The position numbers were made by a program, and so were the translations under genes. The notes beneath the pieces are model-generated. The model was not told the DNA's origin. It did no database searches and saw only the letters and a list, made by a program, of their open reading frames with translations. DNA of 64,000 bases. Source: a virus (taxonomy: Duplodnaviria > Caudoviricetes). Shown here in pieces: positions 26,178 to 33,152 of the stretch; position 1 is the first letter of the stretch; every line of letters starts with the position of its first letter. The stretch is from the IMG/VR virus record IMGVR_UViG_3300014205_000226, positions 2,440-66,439 of that record. One strand, given 5' to 3'.

Positions 26178-26886
26178 CGTTTCTCCTTGTTTCGTGCGTT
26201 CATCGAAATCCTGTGATCAATCCACGTCCGGGCCGGCAGACTCCGGCGCCCATACCGCACGCCGAGGGTGAAGATCAGAGCGGTGTAGAGGATGGCGTAG
26301 GCGTAGGGGGTCATTTGGCCGCCTCGTCGAACACTTCCCCAGCTTCGCCGTCCTCTACCAACCGCGCTGGCACAACGCGTCCGCAGTCACCGCACTCAAT
26401 CACCAGCGTTTCGCGCTGGTACGGCGTGCAGTATTTGCTGCCGCACTTTGAACAGGGCAGGCACCCGTACATGTTGCGCTTTTGCGTCACCCTTCCCTCC
26501 GCATGATTTCGTCCAGTGTCCACTTGCGGCGCGTCCGGAATTCGGCGACGGCTTCGGTCAGCGCTTTCTTCGCCTCGTCCACGCGGTTTACGAAATGCTG
26601 GCGCGCAGGGTACGGCGCGTCATGTGCGCAGTCGTTGACATACAGTCGCGTTTCCGCATCCACCCACGCGCACGCCGCATCAATCACACGCTGGCTCACC
26701 GTACACTCCCGGCAAAATGATTCCGTTCCCGCTGCGCTTCCGCCGCGGTGTTGGCCGCCGTGTGCGCCGCGTGCACCTCGCAGGCGGTGCGGTGTTTCTT
26801 GGCGACGATGAGCAGGGCATCCACGACGGTTTGCATGGCGCGGGTTTCGTTCAGCATCGCGTCTACTTCGAGCATGGCGGCGGTGA

Positions 26887-27249
26887 TCATTGGGCGCTCC
26901 GTGTATCGACCGCGATGGTGGCCCACACTCGTACGTACCGCCCCGTTTTCGCATCCTTGCGCAGCTTCGCCGTTTTCCATTCTTCGCCTTCCGGCTCTGG
27001 TGGCGACTTGAACATGTCGGATATCGAGAAGTACATGGCGCTAATGTGTGGCTTTTCTTCTTCCGCCTGTTCAATCGCGCCCTCACCGCCGCAATCAATT
27101 TCAAAGTTGCGGTAGCCCAAACGCTTCGCGACTTCCAGCGCATACAGCATGTCAAACTGCCATTTGCTGGACTTCTCGGAGAGGTTGTGTTCGAACAACA
27201 GCTTGCGGGCGATCGCTATGCCCGGTGCGATTTCTTGTACAGCGCTCAC
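26887..27249 (-). CDS. hypothetical protein
   Basis: 120-aa ORF in operon orientation. Confidence 0.55.
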   Translation of the reverse strand: MSAVQEIAPGIAIARKLLFEHNLSEKSSKWQFDMLYALEVAKRLGYRNFEIDCGGEGAIEQAEEEKPHISAMYFSISDMFKSPPEPEGEEWKTAKLRKDAKTGRYVRVWATIAVDTRSAQ

Positions 27250-27331
27250 TTGACATCCCCCGGTGTAAGGTCCAATCCAGCCAGCAGGGCACAGACGGCG
27301 AAGAACACGAAGGCTGCTACATACGGCGCGC

Positions 27332-27544
27332 TCATCGCTTCACCTTGGCTTCTAATGCTGCTTTAGCCGTACTAGCGGACCCGTCGCGATAGCCTTTGCG
27401 GTACCCGTCCTTGTGCGCTTGTGCGATCATGCCCGCGCTTTCACCCTGGGGTGCTGCGCCGCTGAACAGCACCGCCGCCAGATAGAACCCAGCGAGCAAC
27501 GCCAACACGACGCCCAACACGAGGTGCCACAGTTGGAAACTCAC
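27332..27544 (-). CDS. small membrane-anchored protein
   Basis: VSFQLWHLVLGVVLALLAGFYLAAVLF..GYRKGYRDG. Confidence 0.55.
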   Translation of the reverse strand: MSFQLWHLVLGVVLALLAGFYLAAVLFSGAAPQGESAGMIAQAHKDGYRKGYRDGSASTAKAALEAKVKR

Positions 27545-27759
27545 GACGCCACCAAAAACGCCAACTGTTCCGCGTGCTTCGCCTGCTGCTTGCGGTAGTG
27601 CACGCCGATCGCGACGTGGGGGGTTTGGATCATCTTGAGTTTGAACAGCCGCCCATTCAACAGCATCTCGCGCACGGGCTGGAAGCCGGTGCAGTCGCGG
27701 TGGACTTCGTGCGTGGTGCCGTCTGGGTCGGTGGCGAGGTACAAGGCGGTGGATTTCAT
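27541..27759 (-). CDS. hypothetical protein
   Basis: Coupled ORF. Confidence 0.55.
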   Translation of the reverse strand: MKSTALYLATDPDGTTHEVHRDCTGFQPVREMLLNGRLFKLKMIQTPHVAIGVHYRKQQAKHAEQLAFLVAS

Positions 27760-28283
27760 GCCACCTCTCCCGCTTCCCCACGTGCCGCCAACTCGGCGAC
27801 CAGCGCGTCACAGTAACGGTCCAACACGTCGCGCTGGTTGCGGCTGGCGTGCAATGCGGCGCGCAATTCGGCGGGGCTGGCATGCTCGTAATTGGTGTTC
27901 ACCGCGTACTGCGCCACGTTTGCGTGTGATTCGGCCACGGTTTCTTCGCGACCAACCAACCGCAAACACGCTTGCACCTTGCGTCCGCTCAAGTCTTCCA
28001 GAAAACGCGTCCACTGCTTGCCCATCTTGCGCATCTGGTCGCTGGATGCGTGCTGGGCAATCGTCACCGTCGCCAACATCATTTGTTCGAACTTGACGGG
28101 CCGTCCGCTTTTCGTCGCGGACGCAACCAACTGCTTCTGCTGTCCGTTGAGCGGCACGGTTTTCGTCGTCTCGCGCAAAAGCGCCTTCATCCGAATTGCC
28201 GCCTTGTCGCGCAATAGCAACGGGTTCTGTGACGGCTGCGCATTGCGCGTGGTCGGGAAATCGAGCATTCTTGTGCTAGCCAC
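27756..28283 (-). CDS. helical regulatory protein, CII-like by position
   Basis: First long gene after cro and the HNH gene; no family motif recognised. Confidence 0.45.
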   Translation of the reverse strand: MASTRMLDFPTTRNAQPSQNPLLLRDKAAIRMKALLRETTKTVPLNGQQKQLVASATKSGRPVKFEQMMLATVTIAQHASSDQMRKMGKQWTRFLEDLSGRKVQACLRLVGREETVAESHANVAQYAVNTNYEHASPAELRAALHASRNQRDVLDRYCDALVAELAARGEAGEVA

Positions 28284-28313
28284 GTGTCTTCTCCAGTTGC
28301 GTGGTGGTAGTGG

Positions 28314-28347
28314 GAAGCCCTCGTCACTAGCGGGGGCTTCTTTTTTT
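28314..28347 (+). terminator. intrinsic terminator oriented antisense to the early operon
   Basis: GAAGCCCTCG-tcactag-CGGGGGCTTC followed by T7 on the plus strand. Confidence 0.7.
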
Positions 28348-28456
28348 GCGCCTTTCGTCCCTCTGCCCTTTTTCTATTCAGTTTGGGGCACCCTGCGGTG
28401 TTCTTTTCGTATTACCGTGGGGCATGTTCTTACGCCCCTGCTTACCGCGCAGCCGC

Positions 28457-28939
28457 TTAGGCGGCTTTCTTCTTTCGCTGTTTGGCGTTGTTCTCTTTGC
28501 TGCATTTGCGGCAATAGGTTTGCTCAACCATAGGGCCGCCTATCTTTCGTCTTTGCCTCTTCACTCCCCAGTCCCTCTCGCTCATCTCATGGCCCTTACT
28601 GCATTTCGAGAAGTCGCGGCGACGCCTCTGCCTGTCTTTGGCAACCATGTCTGCTGCGTTTTCGGCCTGAGTTCCCACCCAAAGGTGTCGGGGATTTATG
28701 CAATCCGGCGTGTCGCAGGAGTGGCAAACGACTTGCCCATCTTCGATAGGTCCGCAATGCAGGAGATAGGAGACTCGATGGGCCTTCTGGACTACAAAGC
28801 CACCCTCCGTGCGCGTCGATATGATTCCATAGCCACGTTCGTTCTTGGCGCCTGTAAATTCCCAGCATCCGTTTTCTCGGACGCGAATTTTTTTCATCAA
28901 GCGCGCCCGCAAACCCCAGTCAAGCACGACAGGCTTCAT
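28457..28939 (-). CDS. HNH homing endonuclease, same family as 2587..3033
   Basis: [46 protein letters not shown]. Confidence 0.9.
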   Translation of the reverse strand: MKPVVLDWGLRARLMKKIRVRENGCWEFTGAKNERGYGIISTRTEGGFVVQKAHRVSYLLHCGPIEDGQVVCHSCDTPDCINPRHLWVGTQAENAADMVAKDRQRRRRDFSKCSKGHEMSERDWGVKRQRRKIGGPMVEQTYCRKCSKENNAKQRKKKAA

Positions 28940-29118
28940 GCTGCCTTTGCGATCTCACGTTCCGCCCGCTTCGTGGCCGCTGCCGCGATAAATCCCGATT
29001 GCGTTTCGTCGGTTAACGTCAACGCAGCCTGCACTTTCTGGTAGTCTTCCAAGGCGAGGTGCACAGTCACAGACACGCGACCCGCCGCCCGCTTCTTCTT
29101 TCCTTTCACGTCCGGCAT
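28936..29118 (-). CDS. Cro-equivalent small regulator, ribbon-helix-helix-like
   Basis: [30 protein letters not shown]; divergent from the repressor. Confidence 0.6.
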   Translation of the reverse strand: MPDVKGKKKRAAGRVSVTVHLALEDYQKVQAALTLTDETQSGFIAAAATKRAEREIAKAA

Positions 29119-29156
29119 TACTTTCTCCGTGTTGGTTGATGCACACACACACCGTA

Positions 29157-29193
29157 CGTCAGACAATGTCGGACACTGTCTGACAAAAGTCAA
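29157..29193. promoter_or_regulatory. operator array (three TGTC-N-GACA boxes, 10-bp period) overlapping a leftward promoter
   Basis: cgtcagaca 29157, tgtcggaca 29167, tgtctgaca 29177; minus strand TTGACT-17-GACATT. Confidence 0.7.
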
Positions 29194-29204
29194 GGGCCAG
29201 TCAT

Positions 29205-29690
29205 TTGCCTATTTCAGACAAGCCAAAAACACCGCAGGAAATGCGGGAGTGGATGCATGAGGTGATGGCCGAGCGTGGCTGGAGTGTTCCAAAGCTGGCG
29301 GCAGACATTGGCGATGGCGTCATTGACCGAACCCTGAATCGATTCCTTAAGGGGTCGAATTCGCGTGATCATTGGAGCACTTTTTTGGCCTACTGGGACC
29401 GGAGGCAAGCTCCGGCAGACACGGGCCGTCCACTCTTGGCATTGTCAGACATGCGAGGATACGCGATGTCCGTATATGATCTTCTGCAGCAGGCGACTGC
29501 GCAGCAACGACGGCTGATTGAAAGCTTGCCAAGCCAGCTTGCGGCTCCACGCTTTCATACAGATGGAACGTTGCTGCCAGACGCGTTACCTACCCACGAA
29601 GTCTCCTCAGCGGACGACCTGGAGCCTCCGGGGCGGATTGTTAAGGGCGAACCAGCGGGAAAACTCGCGGGTAGTCGCGGGCGTCGCTAA
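29205..29690 (+). CDS. CI-like repressor (N-terminal HTH, no S24 peptidase domain seen)
   Basis: One of few plus-strand genes; MAERGWSVPKLAADIG..IDRTLNRFLKG. Confidence 0.7.
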   Translation: MPISDKPKTPQEMREWMHEVMAERGWSVPKLAADIGDGVIDRTLNRFLKGSNSRDHWSTFLAYWDRRQAPADTGRPLLALSDMRGYAMSVYDLLQQATAQQRRLIESLPSQLAAPRFHTDGTLLPDALPTHEVSSADDLEPPGRIVKGEPAGKLAGSRGRR

Positions 29691-30214
29691 TTCGCGCGGG
29701 ACGGCACTACAGCACATGACCCTTAGGTCCTTATCAACGCAAGCGTACCATACCCACCCTTCGGCGTCAGGATCGGTGGTGTATACGCCTGCTTTCAACA
29801 GTCGGTTACCGAAGATCGCACGAGCGATGGCTTCAGCGTTGGTGCATACAGCAGGCGCTGGAATATTGGCGGGCAGTTGCACTGGGCATTGAGAGGCAGA
29901 GGCGGGCGGGCGGGACCACGCAAGCCCCCCTCGTCGGGGACCGAGAACGCGTGGTGAAACCGTGCAAAAGTCACGAATAAAGGTGGTACAGATACGGATA
30001 CGGCGTCGCGTTTGTTCCCGCAAGATGGAACCGAAGATAATCCGGCATGGGCTCTCTGTTTGATAATCAGTACCGTCAGCGGCGTGTCAGCGATGGTGAC
30101 GAACTCAACCGCTGGCAGCAAGGCGCCAGTGCGTTAAGACCGAAAGTGAATCGAACGTTACAAAGCGGGGCCGTCCGGTAACCCTTGCCGGGCGGGGTAT
30201 TTTTGGGAGAAACG

Positions 30215-30445
30215 ATGCGCAATTTGGTGATAGGACTGGCGGCACTGACACTGGCCGGCTGTGGATGTAAAGACCAGGCGGAACGGGTCGAAGTCGAGTT
30301 CGGGCAAGGGGCGCTGACCGAGGCGCAAGAGCTGGTGCTATCCAGGTTCCAGACCAGCGGGTGGGATTGTTCCAACTCGATCGCAATCCGGAACGCGTTC
30401 GGCGCGGTGATCGGCCGGACGTACACGTGCACCAAGTGTGAGTAG
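30215..30445 (+). CDS. small lipoprotein (possible superinfection-exclusion factor)
   Basis: MRNLVIGLAALTLAGC lipobox; GGGAGA RBS; same orientation as the repressor. Confidence 0.7.
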   Translation: MRNLVIGLAALTLAGCGCKDQAERVEVEFGQGALTEAQELVLSRFQTSGWDCSNSIAIRNAFGAVIGRTYTCTKCE

Positions 30446-30609
30446 GGGCCGTCCGAAAAAGGCATACACTTTTCTGACAGGAACTGCGGCTATTGTTGCG
30501 GCTCCGGGCGCAATTGCGGCACTGTAAAGGGTTGATTGTACCCGATAATGGGCAATAACCCCTTTACGGACTTGGATCCGATGCGTTATGGCGGGGCGTG
30601 GCCGGACAC

Positions 30610-30644
30610 AAAAACGCCCGCCGCTTTCACGGTCGGGCGCTTTT
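30610..30644. terminator. bidirectional intrinsic terminator
   Basis: AAAAACGCCCG-ccgctttcacggt-CGGGCGCTTTT between convergent units. Confidence 0.8.
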
Positions 30645-30652
30645 GCTCGTTT

Positions 30653-30729
30653 TGGGGCAGCGAATTGGGCTCGAACCAATGACCTCCGAGGGGTTAGCAC
30701 GGTGCTCTACCAACTGAGCTAAAGCCACC
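30653..30729 (-). ncRNA. degenerate tRNA-like RNA (nominal AAC anticodon, mispaired acceptor stem, ends in CCA)
   Basis: Perfect D arm GCTC-AGTTGGTA-GAGC and T arm ATTGG-TTCGAGC-CCAAT; anticodon loop CTAACCC. Confidence 0.65.
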
Positions 30730-30870
30730 TTATTCACGAAGTGGTGCGTGCGGCCCGTTTGCCCAGCACGTAGCTTGCCGCCGTCAGCTACGCCACCTAC
30801 CCGCCACGTCTGGCGGTCCTGCATCCGCTGCGAGCCTGATGACACCCTCAAGTGTCGGCAACACAACAGC
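30730..30870 (-). ncRNA. candidate structured RNA between tRNA-like elements
   Basis: Consecutive hairpins GACAC/GTGTC, CCGCCA/TGGCGG, CGTAGCT/AGCTACG, GTGC/GCAC; no credible ORF. Confidence 0.4.
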
Positions 30871-30874
30871 GGGC

Positions 30875-30942
30875 ACCCCGTGGCGGGCCTCGGACCCGCG
30901 ACCCGGCTGTGCTAGCCGCTCTGCCGACTGAGCTACACGGGG
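30875..30942 (-). ncRNA. tRNA-like RNA with a truncated anticodon arm
   Basis: Perfect acceptor CCCCGTG/CACGGGG, D arm and T stem GCGGG/CCCGC; anticodon arm is only GGCT-AGCAC-AGCC. Confidence 0.7.
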
Positions 30943-31289
30943 GTTTTCTCAAACAACGACCAGGGCGCCCACATCACCTTGCGCTCTTCGCCGTCTGCCA
31001 TCTCCACATAAATCAGCTTGTCGGACTTCTGCAGGATCAGCGTGCCTGAACCAGCCACGCCCCGACGCGCCACCATGTCACCCACCGCCCAGTCCTCGGG
31101 CACGTCCGGCATAACGTTCGGGTTCTGTGCCGAATGGTCGCCGGCGCCGCTGCCGTTGGGGTCCTCTGGTGAGAACGGGTGCTGCACGGTGCCGTCCGGC
31201 AACGGTTTCACGGCCGCGATCGCCACGCCAACCGCGGCAAACTTCGCGTCCATCTCGGCCTTCAATGATTTCAGGGTCAAGCGGGCCAT
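30933..31289 (-). CDS. hypothetical protein inside the tRNA array
   Basis: 118 aa; its stop lies inside the 5' end of the tRNA-like element. Confidence 0.65.
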   Translation of the reverse strand: MARLTLKSLKAEMDAKFAAVGVAIAAVKPLPDGTVQHPFSPEDPNGSGAGDHSAQNPNVMPDVPEDWAVGDMVARRGVAGSGTLILQKSDKLIYVEMADGEERKVMWAPWSLFEKTPV

Positions 31290-31367
31290 TGGGTCCTTGG
31301 GTAAATATGGTATTGGGGGCGGGATAACATAAAGGTTATCGGGCGTGCTGCAGTTTATAACATCAAG

Positions 31368-31455
31368 TGAGAAGCACAGGTGACGATCCTGCAGCGCCTT
31401 TTTAGGGGGCCAGATTTACAGTCTGGTGCGGCCAGCCACTATCCGCCTGCCTCTC
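31368..31455 (-). tRNA. tRNA-Tyr (GTA) with atypical T loop
   Basis: GAGAGGC/GCTTCTC acceptor, CCAGA-CTGTAAA-TCTGG, long variable region; T loop ATCGTCA; A at position 8. Confidence 0.75.
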
Positions 31456-31461
31456 AAAACA

Positions 31462-31535
31462 TACTAGCGCTCAGACTCGAACTGAGAACAAACGGTTTTT
31501 GAGACCGTCGCGTCTACCGATTGCGCCACGCTAGC
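31462..31535 (-). tRNA. tRNA-Leu (CAA) with short variable loop
   Basis: ACGGT-CTCAAAA-ACCGT; 5-nt variable region TTGTT; A73. Confidence 0.85.
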
Positions 31536-31543
31536 AAATCCGA

Positions 31544-31617
31544 TGCACGGGGTGAGACTCGAACTCACAACAGTCGGGGCTTAAATCCGATGCGTCTACC
31601 AATTGCGCCACCCATGC
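31544..31617 (-). tRNA. tRNA-Leu (TAA) with short variable loop
   Basis: TCGGA-TTTAAGC-CCCGA; 5-nt variable region CTGTT; A73. Confidence 0.8.
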
Positions 31618-31619
31618 CA

Positions 31620-31698
31620 TACCCAAGGGGAGATTCGAACTCCCACGCCGAAGCGCCTGTTCCTAAGACAGGTGTGTCTGCCGTTCCACCACTCGGGC
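31620..31698 (-). tRNA. tRNA-Leu (TAG)
   Basis: CCTGT-CTTAGGA-ACAGG; variable arm CGC-TTCG-GCG; A73. Confidence 0.9.
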
Positions 31699-31722
31699 TA
31701 ATACTAGGCTGCTACCCCTACA

Positions 31723-31794
31723 TCGCCGTTGCAAGGATTGAACTTGCGGCCCCCGCTTTATCAGAACGGTGCTCTACCACTGAGCTAAACGGCA
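31723..31794 (-). tRNA. tRNA-Ile (GAT)
   Basis: CCGTT-CTGATAA-AGCGG; canonical D and T arms. Confidence 0.88.
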
Positions 31795-31840
31795 TTCGGT
31801 ATTCGGATATGTCGAACGGTGTTGCATATGCAATGCGCTC

Positions 31841-31929
31841 TGGCCCTGTCGGGACTCCAACCCGGGAACACTTACGCTGCTGCGCGCGCCATCACGGAAG
31901 GGCGGCACTATCCTTTGCCGCTCAGGGCC
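31841..31929 (-). ncRNA. class-II-like tRNA-shaped RNA without a canonical anticodon arm
   Basis: Perfect acceptor GGCCCTG/CAGGGCC plus A73; D stem CGGC/GCCG; T loop TTGGAGT; anticodon region folds only into a 4-6-nt loop. Confidence 0.6.
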
Positions 31930-32143
31930 AACCCCCACTGCGCCAGATGGGGCGCAATCTAACGGGTGGGGCGGGGTGGGGGAAGGGGTTAGAGGTACGT
32001 TGCCGCAAGGACCAGAGCGGCAATCAGTGCAAAGAATGGCCACGCGGGTGCGTCGTATTCGCCCTCTAGCCAGCACTCGGGCTTGTAATCGCGCGCTGGC
32101 GGCGCGGGCACATCAACCCACTTGGCCCGCGCGCGACGGGCTG

Positions 32144-32455
32144 TCATGCGCGATACTCCGGAAACCACGGCGTGTCGCCGCTGCTCATGTTGTGCCGCAG
32201 TCGTTCCTCGGGTGTCCATTTCGCCCACTCTGCACGATGGATCATCCATCCCGCAAACCACGTGATCGTTCCCGTATCAACAGACAGCCAACTGGCGCAA
32301 GCGCTGTTGCTGAAGTCGCGCCAATAGTTACCCACTGCTATCGGACTGATGCAGTCGCCGTCGCCGCCCATCGTCGCCATGATTTTCGGGATGTCTTCAC
32401 GCTCGTAATCTTGGAACTGATCAAGCGATGTGTACGCACTGCGCTCACGGCTCAC
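32144..32455 (-). CDS. hypothetical protein
   Basis: Coupled ORF. Confidence 0.55.
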   Translation of the reverse strand: MSRERSAYTSLDQFQDYEREDIPKIMATMGGDGDCISPIAVGNYWRDFSNSACASWLSVDTGTITWFAGWMIHRAEWAKWTPEERLRHNMSSGDTPWFPEYRA

Positions 32456-32805
32456 AACTCCCCCGGCGTGGTGGTGGGTTCCGGCCGCAGCAGCGCGGCG
32501 AGGGCGTCATACAACTTGTCCACGCGTTCTGACAATGCACAGAAGCCTTCGCCGTATACAAATCCAGAACAACTTGCCAAGTCATTGAGCATGTCGCGCG
32601 TGATCTTGTACGGACTCCCATCCGGCAGGGCGTCGTTTGCGAGGGCGATGAGTTTTGGCCATTCGCAATCGCCATGCCCGTCATCGAACACGAACGAACG
32701 CGCGCCGCCGTGCATTCCGATAGAGCCCGTACCGAATTTGTAACTACCAAACGCCGCCCACTCGTCCGCCGTCAGCACCGACTTGATTTCCGCATCATTA
32801 TCCAT
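32452..32805 (-). CDS. hypothetical protein
   Basis: First gene after the TTGACA promoter candidate. Confidence 0.6.
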   Translation of the reverse strand: MDNDAEIKSVLTADEWAAFGSYKFGTGSIGMHGGARSFVFDDGHGDCEWPKLIALANDALPDGSPYKITRDMLNDLASCSGFVYGEGFCALSERVDKLYDALAALLRPEPTTTPGEL

Positions 32806-32811
32806 ACGCCC

Positions 32812-32839
32812 ACCTTACACCGTTTGGGCCGAATGTCAA
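32812..32839 (-). promoter_or_regulatory. sigma70-like promoter candidate for the tRNA unit
   Basis: Minus strand TTGACA-16-TAAGGT. Confidence 0.5.
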
Positions 32840-32846
32840 GAGAAAT

Positions 32847-33152
32847 TTAGCCGAATCTTTCGCGAAAACGCGCCGTTGAAATCGCCACGCAGATCGCTTC
32901 CTGCATTTTCTCGCTCATCGTTTGCGACAAACCGCCGTCATCAAGTCCGACATGGGTCATTTCATGCAGCAGCGTTCGCCATTGCTGGTCAATCGTTAGC
33001 GTTTTGTCGATGTGGATAATGCGCTTGCTGCTCTGCCAGTGCCCGTCTGCGGGCTCACCGCGACTGTTCGTGAGTTCGGTGGCGAGCACGATACGGATTG
33101 AGCCAGCGGGGCCTTCGGCGGTCGTGGGCAGTGCCGGATATTTCGTCGCCAT
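32847..33152 (-). CDS. small HExxH metallopeptidase-like protein
   Basis: IHID..QQWRTLLHEMTHV..QEAIC. Confidence 0.75.
   Translation of the reverse strand: MATKYPALPTTAEGPAGSIRIVLATELTNSRGEPADGHWQSSKRIIHIDKTLTIDQQWRTLLHEMTHVGLDDGGLSQTMSEKMQEAICVAISTARFRERFG

Noticed and set aside
29607-30121. Minus-strand ORFs convergent on the repressor
   Set aside because: No recognisable motif or clear start, and one overlaps the repressor; a real short gene cannot be excluded.
30790-30875. Possible theta/HDV-like ribozyme after the tRNA-like element (GCCCGCT could pair with AGCGGAT as P1)
   Set aside because: P1 has a mismatch, and no P3/L3 consensus or convincing P2 and J4/2 could be built; kept only as a generic structured-RNA candidate.
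31544-31698. tRNAs with TAA and TAG anticodons read as stop suppressors or as evidence for recoding
   Set aside because: These anticodons decode TTA and CTA leucine codons, and genes end normally at TAA, TAG and TGA throughout.
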